A DNA stretch of 51,967 nt, the filler included, from Ionaspis alba (taxonomy: Eukaryota), in assembly GCA_964255285.1 (NCBI GenBank). It is 3 parts of 3 records of this genome, joined end to end, with 100 filler letters (N's around TTAATTAATTAA, not from the genome) between each part and the next. Parts side by side here need not be neighbours in the genome. Positions count along the whole stretch, not along the records: positions 1 to 17,333 come from CAXUUL010000322.1; 2 more parts are not named here. One strand, 5' to 3'. The notes beneath the pieces were generated by a model. The model was not told the origin of the DNA. It did not search any database and saw only the letters and a list, made by a program, of their open reading frames with translations. Positions 1 through 12,900 of this stretch are shown piece after piece. The position numbers and the translations under genes were made by a program. How positions within the stretch are numbered: position 1 is the stretch's first letter; each line of letters opens with the position of its first letter.

Positions 1-329
1 CTGAGGACATGTTAGTGGTGATATACCTAAGGAATGTTGGCCAATATTTCGGTTGCTAGGACAATATAGAGCATATAGTAGGAGCCTGTAGTCGTGAAAC
101 TTCAACCGTAAGATTGAATGATCCTCAGCTTCGTGGCACAACGATGTGGTTTCTTACTTTCGACCGCTCGATTGGGAAATAGCGAGGAGGCTGAGGCATT
201 ACATGTGAAGTAGATATTGCATATAAATGTCGACTTTTGTGGCTTGATTCGAAAATTCGGCTTGGAGAACAGGGACACTTGTACTTAAGATGATCAGATC
301 TATCTCCTTGATAGTAATTCACGTTGCCA

Positions 330-1738
330 CTAAAATCTGCCACTCTCCCTTCGAGCTGGTAGGTCTGAGAGATGTGGATAGCGCTGCCTGGAATGAAGTC
401 CACTGATGGCCCCAGAGGTACTAATCCTTTTCGACGGGCTCCCATCGCGTTTTACAGGACTCGAGCTTCTATCGAGATCGCGAATCTCCGCAAAATTTGT
501 GGATGCAGCTTTTCTCAACGGAGATTGGGCATGAGAGTAGACCCCAAGGCTCCCACCATCACCATTTCCCGGCACCGGACCAGTCCCAAGTTGAGCTTGT
601 CGGTACGATGTTCGCGGTTGCAAGGGAGATGATAGATCTCCCCCATACGACGGGGGCTGGAATTTTGGGCCATTCAGACCTGTGTTCGAGTGTCTATACG
701 GCGTTTTCCTTTGATGTACACCTTCAGGGTCTACATGACTCAGGTAATTTGGGTTTGGTTTGGTTCGAAATCCTCGGTTGACGACGATGATCGGGCTATA
801 CGTATCCACAGTATCGAGCGGTCTTTCCTTAAGAGTTCTCGAGCCTGAGAATTGTGTGCCCACGTCCCGCATGAGAGGAAACGAGATCGGGTGGACATAT
901 TTTATGTCATACTCGTTCAGCACCTCCCTCTGAATCACTGATGCGTCTTTGGACTGCTGCAAAAAACTCGTCTGTAGTATAGAGAGCTGTGTTGAAAGAA
1001 GGCTCACAAGAGCGATGGTGGTGATGACAGTCTTGCTGGGATGCAAGTCTTGGGGCGATGTTGGTAGGAACAACCAATAGACCAGGATATGTCCCGGGCT
1101 GAAAAGGCCGAACATCTTGAGGCAAAGTGGAAGTGGATCCCAAACGGAAAGCTCCCAAACGTCTCTGGTGGGATCTTGGTGAGCCCGGGACTCAGCTGTA
1201 TCAGCTGCAAGCATCTTTGTGAGGAAGCGCAATGGTGATGACGACATAGGCGAGGAGTCGACGCGGACCCGGCGTGCAGACGGTGTACTCGGTGGATCGT
1301 CCACAGAAGCCTCGAAGAGACGGTAGTGGCGCTTGCGGTAAAAGGTGTAAGCAGCATTGAGAAACGAAAAGAGCGAGAGGAGTTGTACGACGAAGGATGC
1401 CTGCAATACATTTGATGGTATCAGATCTCCCTTTCCATACCAGTGAGCTGAGGCTCTTGAAGCCTACTTACCAGCCACCCAAGCCAGCCATCGCTCCTCT
1501 TCTCATCGCTGAACACATCATCTACCACTCTTCCCCTTTGCTGACCAGTGTTGGCTCTTGCGATTAACATTAGGATGTTCATGCCGATGCCAACCGAAGT
1601 CCCCCAGTCTTTTGACCACTGATCCCAGTCGCTCGCATCCAATCCCTCAGAAACCCACAAGAGGAAGTCTCTCGGGTCGAAGTAGGCTCTGAGGCGCTCA
1701 GTCAGAGGTCGTCGACGGATGAGCCTCTGTGGTGGCAT
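330..1738 (-). CDS. Nuclear rim protein Nur1 / Mug154-family membrane protein (2 exons: 1738-1472, 1400-330)
   Basis: MPPQRLIRRRPLTERLRAYFDPRDFLLWVSE... joins in phase via a GTAAGT..CAG intron (1471-1401) to ASFVVQLLSLFSFLNAAYTFYRKRHYRLFE...WELSVWDPLPLCLKMFGLFSPGH, typical of the Nur1/Mug154 family. Confidence 0.8.
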
Positions 1739-2024
1739 ATTGCCAAGGCAATCTCGAGACGCCAGTAGAGAACAAGAGGTCTAAGATATGAAGACGAGCT
1801 TGGTATGCATAGAGCACATGGCTGAAGAGGTGTGAGATATGGCTAAACAGTGGATATTTCTGCCGCGGGTTGTTTATTTACCAATCAGTCTCTAGAAATG
1901 TTCAGGCACATGTTTTAGCGTTCTTCCACCGTCAAACCTTAAAAGGTATGATCTGAGATCATCACGCTATTGCCCCGAGATCGTCCACTTTTCGACCCTC
2001 CCAGAGACCAGATAGCTATTTACA

Positions 2025-2589
2025 ATGGCAGCACCGCCGTCAGCATATAAGGACCGTCACTTCCTGGCTGTCATCGGTGACGAGGTGACTGTCCCTGCAT
2101 GCGTGCCGAAAGAGCAGCGCTGAACAGCTTCTACAGGACTCAGTAACGGGTCTGCTGCTGGCTGGAATCGGGGTCAGGATTCCACGATCCTGCTAGCTAC
2201 ATGGATATGTACTGACTGCTAAAACTGATAAGCACGTCACTCCTCCTCCTGATGCTCAAAAGAACTTTCTCGTCGTCGATGCCAAAACCGAAACATCCAC
2301 CATCGAGCAAGCTTTCGACACATATACACACCATAGAAAGGACATTGCCATTCTACTCATCAACCAACACGTGCGTACTTTCTGCTACATGCAGCTGTCC
2401 GCTTTCCCCAGGCTACAAAGGCGAAGCTTACATCGCTTGGCGGTCTAGATAGCAGAGCGTATTAGGCATCGAGTCGACATGTATGTGGATGCATTTCCTG
2501 CAGTCCTGGAGATTCCTAGCAAGGAGCACCCTTATGATCCCGAGAAGGATAGCGTCTTGAGAAGAGTTAGAAGGCTCTTCGGAGAGTGA
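2025..2589 (+). CDS. VMA7: V-type proton ATPase subunit F (4 exons: 2025-2084, 2137-2172, 2233-2370, 2449-2589)
   Basis: Manual splicing gives [48 protein letters not shown]...[20 protein letters not shown]...[31 protein letters not shown]. All three introns are GT-AG. Not captured by the ORF track. Confidence 0.97.
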
Positions 2590-3035
2590 GAAATATGATG
2601 AACGAGGGGATTGGAGGTTTGGACTTGGGCACCAGTACGTTGGAAGATCCGGCTGAACAGTATCAGTGGATATCCGCGTTGAGAGCATACCCATGACTAC
2701 TGTTCGAGCGATTACTGGGCACACACAGACGACTTTCCAGGGTAGGACACGATTGACCGTATGTACCGCTGATTACTGAATTGAATGATCAAGAACGCCG
2801 AGGGAGCACACCCTCTAATTATTATATTTCTGGCGCGGAAGTATAGACTGAGAAATTAGCTATACCAAGGGAGAGAGAAGAAAGCAGTCGACTGATTTGC
2901 CATACTTCGCTGCTGCCAGCTTTCATACTGTACTATTGTGTGAATTCAGCGGCCTATCCTGAAAACGAGGTTTATGCTCGATGTAATTTTCGATCCCGCA
3001 ACGAGCATAGACGTAGTCTTTGAACAGACATAGCA

Positions 3036-3684
3036 TCATCCTCTCTTGAACGTTATGCTTGCTGTCAGGCATGTGATTCTGGTCGCATTCGGGGTGAAAA
3101 CGTCGGCCACCACGGTGTATTGACCCTACATGACCCGTTATCTTAGCTGTTCGCCCTCCCAGGCACTAGGTGGATGCTGCTGATGCTGCTTTTGCTTACT
3201 GGTGGAATCTGTTTCGGCAGCTCTACTTCTTTTTTCACAGTCGTCTTTCCTTTTTCGATGGGGCACTCCTTATCCACGTTCTTGAGCTGGTCGCAGAGAT
3301 CCTCCTTGGTACTGATGAGACGGATTAGGCCGTACTTGACCGTCAAGTCGACATAAGAGCCCTTCTCGATCCTTTCGCTGAAGTTTCCGGATGCCTCAAT
3401 GGTGAGAATCGAGCCTCTGTGGTTGAAATTAGCACGCAGTTCAGGCATTTAGATGACATTTGGACTACCAACGCTTGTGGAGGATTCGGTGACAGATCGA
3501 CATGGTCTATTTGGAGGATATTGTCTTTGGGATCTTGGCAGTAGCTGAGAGGGTTGTCGCCTGGTACGGAAAGGTCGGAGCGGACGGCGTGGTTGGTGTT
3601 GTCGAAGACTACTTGGTCTCCAAGGAGACTGGCGGCAACGATCGAAGAAAAACAGAGCGGGAGTAGGGCGCCTGTGACCCTCAT
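3036..3684 (-). CDS. NPC2: Phosphatidylglycerol/phosphatidylinositol transfer protein, ML domain (Npc2-like), 3 exons
   Basis: Signal peptide [18 protein letters not shown], then [10 protein letters not shown]...[20 protein letters not shown]...VKYGLIRLI...DLCDQ...CPIEKG...[17 protein letters not shown]...[13 protein letters not shown]. Confidence 0.93.
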
Positions 3685-5455
3685 TATGGATCGGGATCGA
3701 GAGCTTCAATGAGAAAACAGATGTGATCAAGATGAGCGAGATTTACAAATCACAATAAGGTTGTATTGAGTTGCAACCAAACAGGATAAGGACCTCGAGA
3801 GTAGTGGTGTTGATTAGACGTAGGGAGTATGGCGTACGGGATTCTTTGACTTATCGTCCCTGATTCCTGGCGGCGGTGCTGCGGCACATGACGAAGTTTC
3901 GCATGTCACCGCTAGGCCAGAACTACAATTACATTATTTGGGGGGGTTGGGCAACTAAGCACATATAGGGTTAGTGACTGCCTAATCACATCTTGGCCAA
4001 AAATCTACAAGGGAGACTTCGTAATAATTATATATTGTTGCCTACACGCTTTGGATGAACATGTATCAATATTATTCAAGCACCCAGGAGAGAAAGATAA
4101 TTGACGAGACATTCCGAGAACGAGAGTGAGAGAAAGAGAAAGAGGGATTGTAAAAAGGAGACTGGCATTTGTGGCTGCAGCCATGACATGTGATCGAATA
4201 ACGCAAGGATTGTGTCTATGGAGGACGACCTCGAGGAAGAATATTCTAGCTCACAGATCCGGGAAGTATCATTTTGTCGGTTGGGAGGGGAACAGGAGGG
4301 AGACAACAGACTGATCGGATGATGCCAGTGTCCACCTCGTTGAGGCAAGTTATCGCTGACAGGGACGGTAGTGGTTCTGTAGAGGCAGATTCGACCCAAC
4401 CTATGGATTGCACACAGTCCAGTCCACGGAGGGAGAGCCACCCTTGCGGAAAGAAGCTTGCACCATACGAGATCAATATCCAAAAATCATGAGAGTAGTC
4501 ATATGTCTCCACCCCATCATACCCTCCTTTCAAAATAGCCAAAGCCGTTTTCGCGAGCCAACATTGTGACGAAGGACGAAGGTTGTGGTTCATGTTAAAC
4601 TCGGCAGGTCACTTCGGCGGGGATGGTCGATACAAGGTGGTCGATAACTCTGTGATGCAGTAGTCCTCGGGGCAGGCAAATATCAGCTTTGGATAGGTGT
4701 CCTCTGCTATTGCATACAGTCGAGCGCAAAGCTGGAGAGAAGAGAAGAGGAAGGCGAAGGCGAAGGCTCGACTAGGCCGAAAGCACCTTAGTTGAATCCC
4801 GTTCCTTCAATCAATCCAATCCCATCCTCTCCCTCTGCTCCTCATCCCCTTCGCTCGTTCGCTCCCTCTTTCTTTTCTCCTCCTTCCGAGTCGCCAATTT
4901 TTGCTTCCTTATCCATCGCATACACACCGTCCATACTCTCACAGCACATCAAGGTCCATGGTGTCCTCGCCTTCGACTTCGTCTGGTCCCTGTCCTCAGT
5001 CATCGTCCACTCTTCGCCACCGTTCTGGCTTAGTCCGTCGGCTTCGTACCCGTTCCCTTGTCTTCTTGTCGCAATCCGCGCCTGCTTCCGACATTCGAAC
5101 AACATCTTTCCTCTCTCCATGAGACGTATCACTCTCCGGACTCGAAGTTCGAAGAGACAGCTAGGCTCAAGATTAGGCGGAATCGCTCTAAACGATTCGT
5201 TTCCTCTCGCGCTGGACTTCACCTGCTCACCAACCTCCAACGGGACAATTATCCACGTCGATTATTATCCTTTCCCCTCTTCCCTATCTGAAAGCCTCAT
5301 ATTCCTGACCAGACCTCACGAGCGACTTCTCGCTCGATCAGAGCCTGTTATCGCTGGATAATCTTGCATGGCCAAAATATGCGTTCCAAGCCCATGAACT
5401 CCTAAAATACCTTGCGACGATATCCTCAGAGCACTCGAAAGCAGTCTGCCGTATT

Positions 5456-8400
5456 ATGACAGATCTCTCCTCGTCTCACACACCGCACACCGCGCCCTTT
5501 GTTGACGCGCTTGCTACATTTGATTCACATTCCGTCGAGCCCACCCAGCCAGCTCCGAACGGATACCCGGGCGAAGAGGACGAAGATTACACTATCAAAT
5601 GTATCTGCGACTATCAAGAGGACGATGGTAAAACAATATTTTGCGAGTCGTGCGAAACATGGCAGCACATCGAATGCTACTACCACACAAAGAAAGTACC
5701 CGGTGTCCATGACAACCATAATTGCGCAGATTGCGAACCTCGACCGCTCGATGCGAGGAGAGCGACAGAGCGACAAAGAAAGCGCCGAGAACTACTCGAC
5801 ATTGGGGATCGCAAAGTAAAGAAACCAGCAAGCAAGAGTCACAAGAAGAAAATCAAACCACAAGATCAGCCGAATGACTCCACAAATGGGTGGAATCAGG
5901 ATCAGAAAGGGCAACTTTCTCTTCAAACTGGGATCACTGCTCATTCGCGAGAGCATGGCCCACCAACCAAACGCTCCAAGACCAGTCATCGCCCGTCGGC
6001 TTCCATGCACACGCAATCGATCCCTCTCAACGCCAGTGTCAGTACTGGCAGACGTTCTACTTCTGTTTCGCACACACTTCAGAGTCCATCGAAATCTGCC
6101 ACACACCTACCATCCAGTGAGGGCCATAGCGAACTCTATAGCTACGAATTCTTACATCTATATGACGACGACCCGGGTGATACGCCAATGCCAGCACACT
6201 CGTTCAACGACATCGTTATCTTGAACAACCTAGCCTTATGGTCGCATGATGTCGAAGCATTGGCAGAAGCAACACATGGCAGAGCACCACAAGAGGTATT
6301 CCAACGCTGCGAGCAGTCTTTCGACGTCATGAATCTCCCTCCTCTCTGCAAACAAGTCAAGGTAAATGGTATAATAGACGGAGATGGGCTTCGACCGACT
6401 TGGAAATACCTAACAATCGACTCCTATACACCGAAGACCGCAATCGTCGGGGAACTGCGGGGGAAGATTGGTCACATGCAGGAATACGTGCAAGAACCTT
6501 CGAACCGATGGGAGCACTTAAGGCACCCACTTCCATTCGTCTTCTTCCATCCACAGCTACCGATCTACATCGACACGCGACGAGAAGGTACAACGTGTCG
6601 GTATCTTCGCAGAAGCTGTCGTCCGACCGTGACCATGAAGACGTTCCTAGAGAATGGGTCGGACTACCGTTTCTGTTTTACCGCCAGCGAAAATCTTGAG
6701 CCAGGCACTGAACTCACGATTGCCTGGACTCCCGACGAGCACGTAAGAGCCTACCTTCAGCAGATCACCGAAGGAATCAAACACGAGGGCAGCCCAGTGA
6801 CGGATGACACTTACGTGATAGACTGGGTGGGCAAAGTCTTAGCTGACTTCGGCGAATGTGCTTGCAATTCTCCGGAGGCTTGTTCCATGGCGCGGTACGA
6901 TCGACGCAATCATTTGATGATGGGAGATTCTGCTCTCTACCTGCCTGGCACCAAATCGAAGAAAGGTCGGAAGCGCCTCTATAACGTCTCGTCGAACAGC
7001 ACGGGTAGGATGACAACCAGCCGGTCCGGAAGCGAAGCTATCAAGTTCCAGGATGAAGATGAGAATTACGATAGTCGATCCACTTCAGACTCGTTGCGGA
7101 GCAAACCCAACAGTCGCGATAGGACCCCAAACGCGTCTGACAATAAACCCAATGCTACCGGCATCGAGCTCTCGGATCGTGAGAAAAGAAAGATTGCCGC
7201 TATGGAGAGAAACTTCGAGCATCTTGAGCAGCTTGAGCAAGAGAAGAACCAGCCACCCCAGAAAAAGAAGAAACGCAACAGTGGCGGCTCGGCGCTCAGC
7301 ACACCGATTGCCAGTTCTTCAGCTAATTACTTCCCGTGTACAACGTCTCCCGGGAACACGGAAACACCCAGACAAGTTGTGCATGGTGCCAGACATTCGC
7401 ATACGCCGCAACGGTCATCCAAGCCGAGTTACGTCGATACTGGTACGAATCGCCGGCAATCTGGTTCTCCTGTTGGGAGATCCCCCTTGGCCGTTACAGG
7501 TCTTCCGAGAGCCACGTCCCATGGAAATCCATCTACCTTTCCGTCCCCGCTATCACGTAGTACCTATGTTGATTCGTCGATGCAGACCGACTCGGACTTC
7601 GAAGATGGTGCGGATATCCCAAATGCCCAAGTTCCTGTTCAGCGCACCCCTTACGTTTCTTTGACAAAGCGTTTGTTGCTACGCTGTCACCGGGAACGCA
7701 AGAAATTAGATTCCGCAAGTGCAGCACCATCGAAAGGGCCACCAGCAGTAAGGGAAAACACGATCATAGATCCTGTAGTGGATGTTACCCTCTCGACAAT
7801 AACGGACGCAAACGACGATGTGGAAATGGGCGAAGTCAAGCATGATCAAGCATCGCAAATGCCACCAGATCCATCATTTGAAAAGCCTAGACCTCCAGAT
7901 GGAGAGCAATCATCCTCAACTAGAGCACCAAACTCTCCTACAGGAATAATCAAACCTCCACCACTACCTCAAGGTTGGCAGAGTTCCCAGCATTCCGAGC
8001 GGAAACAACCCATCAATGGTTTTCGAAACATAGATCTCAAGGTCGAGCTACCACCTAAACAACTATTCACCAGCAATATCAACACTCCGACAGTCGTCGG
8101 CACACCGAACTCGCTCGGCAGTTTCGTTGCCCAGTCTCCCGTTCTTCATACTCCTTCCCTGTCCTCAACCGCGAGCATCACGCAGCCGAGCCCAATCAAG
8201 AAGAAGCTCAGTCTCGGAGACTATATGAGTCGTCGAAGTAGCCATAAAGCCGAGACTCCTACATTGATCACTGCTCCTAGTCACGCCAGCGATGTAGGCT
8301 CGCAGCAGGGAAGCTCTCCGACATCGGCAAATGCGCCTCTAAATGTGCCTACCACTGCCAACGAGGATGGCAAGGCTGGCACACGGGAAAGCGTCATGGG

Positions 8401-8473
8401 GTTGAAGACACCGACCGATTCTGGCTCGCTCATGGAGAAAAAGAACATGCCGATGGAAAACTCACCTACCTAG
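5456..8473 (+). CDS. SET3: PHD-finger and SET-domain chromatin protein (Set3/Set4-like)
   Basis: 1005-aa ORF. PHD motif CICDYQEDDGKTIFCESCETWQHIECY...CADC. Degenerate SET motifs RYLRRSCRP and ELTIAW, as in the Set3/Set4/MLL5 group. Long Ser/Pro-rich tail. Confidence 0.85.
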   Translation: MTDLSSSHTPHTAPFVDALATFDSHSVEPTQPAPNGYPGEEDEDYTIKCICDYQEDDGKTIFCESCETWQHIECYYHTKKVPGVHDNHNCADCEPRPLDARRATERQRKRRELLDIGDRKVKKPASKSHKKKIKPQDQPNDSTNGWNQDQKGQLSLQTGITAHSREHGPPTKRSKTSHRPSASMHTQSIPLNASVSTGRRSTSVSHTLQSPSKSATHLPSSEGHSELYSYEFLHLYDDDPGDTPMPAHSFNDIVILNNLALWSHDVEALAEATHGRAPQEVFQRCEQSFDVMNLPPLCKQVKVNGIIDGDGLRPTWKYLTIDSYTPKTAIVGELRGKIGHMQEYVQEPSNRWEHLRHPLPFVFFHPQLPIYIDTRREGTTCRYLRRSCRPTVTMKTFLENGSDYRFCFTASENLEPGTELTIAWTPDEHVRAYLQQITEGIKHEGSPVTDDTYVIDWVGKVLADFGECACNSPEACSMARYDRRNHLMMGDSALYLPGTKSKKGRKRLYNVSSNSTGRMTTSRSGSEAIKFQDEDENYDSRSTSDSLRSKPNSRDRTPNASDNKPNATGIELSDREKRKIAAMERNFEHLEQLEQEKNQPPQKKKKRNSGGSALSTPIASSSANYFPCTTSPGNTETPRQVVHGARHSHTPQRSSKPSYVDTGTNRRQSGSPVGRSPLAVTGLPRATSHGNPSTFPSPLSRSTYVDSSMQTDSDFEDGADIPNAQVPVQRTPYVSLTKRLLLRCHRERKKLDSASAAPSKGPPAVRENTIIDPVVDVTLSTITDANDDVEMGEVKHDQASQMPPDPSFEKPRPPDGEQSSSTRAPNSPTGIIKPPPLPQGWQSSQHSERKQPINGFRNIDLKVELPPKQLFTSNINTPTVVGTPNSLGSFVAQSPVLHTPSLSSTASITQPSPIKKKLSLGDYMSRRSSHKAETPTLITAPSHASDVGSQQGSSPTSANAPLNVPTTANEDGKAGTRESVMGLKTPTDSGSLMEKKNMPMENSPT

Positions 8474-9131
8474 GTTAGATATCATGTAGACGACAGGCCG
8501 TGGCTCCACTGTCGTGTGGTGTTTTGCGTCCCTCTGCTTCCGAGAAGGTTCTTGGGCAGAGACTTCTCATCCTTAGACTTGCTTTCAGCTTTGCTAGCGA
8601 GGCGTTCGGGATGCTAGCGTTGTCGTTCGTGGCCTTCCGTGTGAAGCCTGCCGCTTTTCTAGCACTTCTTTACGTATCATGATGCGAAACGATCTTCGCG
8701 CGGTGAGAGTCGAGCATAGGTCTTGGCTACTACGGTGCTGTTTGGGCTGCTCGAGGTCTGTGGTTGGTGCCTCTTATTGTAAATACGATATGACAGATCG
8801 GAGAAGCACCTGTCTTTGTGTAATGCTTGCGCCGACCGTTGTTGAAAGCGTTGTCGCCTCTGCAGCCTGTGACAGCATAGTGAAAACCTCCCTCATTCAG
8901 TGTCCGCATGCTACTAAACCACTCATGGTACCGTAAACAGTCCCTGATCCGTCCGCCCAAGTCGCCTTAAATTATGCAGTATTGACCCCGCTGCCGTCCA
9001 TATCGTCCCCCATAATACCTAAATATCTACATTGTCTGAGAATGCTGATATTACCACTGCAGACCATGACCGTACCAGAGGCACGTATCTGTCTCAAGGC
9101 CAGAGTTTTGCGAGTTGCTGTCGTACGGGCT

Positions 9132-12100
9132 CTAGCCGTTGAACCTGAATTTCGTGGCCTCCAGTCGGCCCAAGCCTTCACGTGGGGCAACATTACGACG
9201 ACGATAAGAAGTGGTGAAGTCTGCGTCGCTGTTAGAATCTGGCGAAAATGGCGTCATCCTAGTTGGTATGTAGCTTTCATCTTACCTTGCAACAACACTC
9301 TGACCTTTCTCAAATCACCCAGCTGCATCTTTTGCAGAATTGACGCCATGAGTCTTTCTCCTTCACCTGCCTTGATAGTACCCGTGGGTAGGAACGCAAG
9401 GGTACTTTTGATCCATACGATAGTTTCCTGAGGCATGAGCTCACACAAAGCGAGCATAACACCTGACGCGTCTTGGAGACAATCACGTGGGAAGCTGAAC
9501 ATCATGCCTGTTAGTATCCGCTGGACCAGTGCCTCACCATGAGTCAGGACAAGAGATTTGACTGTATTTTGCAGCGCTTGTGAGTTCGACTGCCTTTGAT
9601 TCTTCGCTGTTTCATCGCTTAGGTGCGAAGAGTTGGGATGATCGGTTCCATATGACAGAAAGTCCCTGAGGAAGTGAAGGGTTGCCACCAGCGGAGCGCC
9701 TTGCTCGAGAGTTAGGGCAGACATCGAAGCGGCAATTACTGGACCACAGATCGAAGCGGGAATTAACTGCTCATGGTAGTATATCAGTGCATCCACCAAA
9801 AGCCGGAAGAAATCTTCAATGACTGAAAACAATATCTATCAGCAGCGGTGCGTTGCATTTGGTACAAAATGCTTACCATCAGGAAGGTCCTTGACCGCAA
9901 CTTCATTCAAGATACGTAGAAAGGCGAGAGCTTGCTGTTCAAAGAAGTTGTAAATAGCCTGAGAAGTAGACGGGTCTACGAACTCAGCACCATGAGCAAA
10001 CTCGCGAAGTACTGCGTCGGTCGCCCATAAGAAACAACCCTGGCGTGAGTTCTCAAAACCGGAGGCCAGCTGGGTGGCTAGTTCGGGAAGCAGCGGAAGC
10101 ACCGCGGTCCGATAGGTCAAGACCATGTAGCGCCAGCAGCGACAAAGACGTTCAAGTATCGGAGCTGATGTGGTAAAGTTCTGTGCCACAGCGGAAAGTA
10201 CTGGTAGTATTTCCTGGCAGTATTGGACCGCCTGATTCTGCTCTGAAGAGGGATAGTAGGGCTGTACATTAGATATGAATATTGTCAGGAGTTGTAAGGT
10301 GTCTACAGCGAAGACGAATCAGGTCAGAACAATCCCTCTACACAACACAACACAGTGGTGATCATACCAGCTACAGCCAGTTTGCCTTTGTCCCCTTCGT
10401 CAGCATTGGCCTGATTCGCTCGTAACTTTAGACGCTCGATGATGGGGTCACAGTACAGCTTCAAGACTTGATAGATCTTGTCTGGAGCCTGGGCCGCGAC
10501 AACATGTGCAACTCCTTCTGTAAGCTCTTCTTGACTGAGCACCGGTAGCCTATCCAGGACTTTTTCGTAAAAGGCGTGAAGATCTTCAACATGATCCCTC
10601 AGTAATGAACTGCAATCTTGACCGAAGAACCGAAATGCTAAAGCAGCGGCCTGAGCAACCTCTTTGGACGGGTGATCGAACCCGGCGATGACGAAATCTA
10701 GCTGCGGCTGCAGGAACTCGGGGTGCTGGGCTGTCCATTCTGTATACCTAGCCAAGGCCATGATAGCCTGAAATTGGAGCTTGTCGTGATTGGGGATTTG
10801 CACAATAAGGGGAATAATCTGACGAAGAACGACAGCTTCTTCTGGAGACACCTCTCTGCCCATGGCTCGCATGCTGAACAAGGGAGCCTCTAGTTCTTGC
10901 CAATGTGGCACCCGAGCGCCGGTTGCATGCGAACCATAAGTCGTGACCCAATTTCGAATCAGATTGAAGGATTTGCTCAAGCATTCCGTGACTGTGATCA
11001 CCTCGCAACAGTCCTTCAGAACATCGCCCATTGCATGTCTAAACTCCCGAAACTTCTCTTCCTGTTCGCGATCCCCATCAAAAAGATCCGACTCGTCGGT
11101 GCTTTCGGCAGTCGGATACTCGAGATGTTTGATCATAACGTCAACGAGGTGTGCAAAGACATCCTTGAAAAGCTTGCGTGCTGATTGATATCTCTCGAGA
11201 GTGATCATCTGCTTGAACTCATACCAGAATATGAAGGTCAACGAGATCGCGTCTCGGTCTTGGTCCCTTGCACAGCATTCTAGAATGGCATCAACCAGAC
11301 CGCGGAACTCCGCAGGTAGGCGAGCTATGAGTACGACCCAAGCCTCTCCAGCTTCGGCGAACAGTCTGGTGATTCCCTTATATGTTTCGAGATCTTCTGC
11401 TTCGGCAGCTTTTGCGATTCTTGGCCGCAGTGCTAAGACTCGGGGGTACAGAATTTGGATGACTTCAAGCGATTCGTCAACTTCCCGAGTGTCGCGATAG
11501 AGACTACATATGCAGTCTACTGCAGATTCAAAGGCAGTCTCCGTCGAGAGAGCTTGAAATATGACATCCAGAAGAGGCGAGTTCACGATTTCCGCGGAAG
11601 GTATCTCACGAAGCCAGGATGTTATGCATTCCAGAAGGCGTGGATTAGATGCAGCATTCGCTGTTGTTTCATGTGTCAGCAAGATTTGCACCTGCGGTTG
11701 AGGACTGCTCACCAGACAATTTCGAATATTGTGTCAGTAATGTCATAACCTGAGCCGAATTATTTCCCAGCAACTCCTGTGTCCGGGCGATGAGGTCCTC
11801 TTCCTAATAGTTATATGAATGATTAGATACTGATGATTCCGGATTGTACGGCTCCAAAGCTGTGCCCAAACGCTGATGATGGTGTTTCGGCCGCACGTAC
11901 GCTCAAGTTGATCTTTCGTCCTTCGGTCACTTCCTCTGGTAGGACTTGAAGAAACTCCAAGATGCAGTCACCGGCGCTGCTGCCCAATGTTGAGCCCACA
12001 ATTTGCAGCACATCCTTCCATTCAGTCATCTGAATAGCTAGATTCGCGAGGCATACGCAGAGTTGCGTTCGGATTGGACGAGGGCCATCCCGATATGTCA

Positions 12101-12492
12101 TCAGAAGAGACAATAAAGAAGATCGTAGAGACGTGAGAGAGTTTCGCGGGAGCTGGTCGAGGTCGTAGATTATCTATTCTTGTGAGCCTGGTTTCTGACG
12201 ACAAGTTCTTTGGTGTCGGAAGAGCTGACTTTGCCTTTCAAGGTAGTTGCAGCGAAAAGTTTAGCCTCTGAAATGGTCTCGGCCGAAGCAAGCATGGCAT
12301 AGGTGGTAGTCCACGCTTCTGGCTAACATCGTAGTTAGCTCCCTCGTAGGCGTTGGTGAGGATATAGGAAGGGCGTGCTGATTTTTGGAAAGCCTCTAAG
12401 TACTTGTGGGCCTGTTCTTTTTGAGTCTGGTTGACGTTGCTCTGCATCGTAGCCAGAGCGGCCAGTACGGGTGTAAAGCCATCGCTCTCCAT
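9132..12492 (-). CDS. MTR10: Importin-beta family nuclear import receptor Mtr10 / transportin-SR (multi-exon)
   Basis: Exons give MESDGFTPVLAAL...FQKS|PEAW...KLFAATTLKGK|IIYDLDQL...PIRTQLCVCLANLAIQMTEW...WQELEAPLFSMRAMG...GCFLWAT... and end DFTTSYRRRNVAPREGLGRLEATKFRFNG* (stop 9132-9134). Confidence 0.93.
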
Positions 12493-12900
12493 TTCGGTTG
12501 AGGAACGTGCGTGGTATGGTTTTATGGTCAGGAGAGATTAGAAGACATATGAGGACAGTCTTGCTCGCAGGAATCAGGATCCGTTGCAGTGAAGGCTTTT
12601 TGAAGTTGATATGAGTAGTCTAGAAAAGAAGCTGGTGTACAGGAAGCTTGCAGGACAATGATATAACTCGGAGCGCGAGTGGGGAGTAGTTTCGGGACAC
12701 ATTCAACTTGCGCCGCGTTATCATTATTCCGGTAACATCCACGCCTGTCTACAGACCTAAATTCCCGAATATTTCAAGGCCGCTCGACAGGATTTCCAGT
12801 CACATACTATGTCGGAATCTTGATACCAGAAGTACTTGAGTACATCTAAGTATCTGCCCTCAGGAGATCGCACGTCTACAGCTACAGAATCCCGCGCAAT

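Noticed and set aside
4076..5361. Overlapping ORFs of 60-189 aa between NPC2 and SET3 as independent genes
   Set aside because: No recognisable domain, many non-ATG starts and low-complexity CT/GA tracts. More consistent with promoter or leader sequence.
6580..6730. Degenerate SET active-site motifs as a novel loss of function
   Set aside because: Such substitutions are the known state of the Set3/Set4/MLL5 subfamily.
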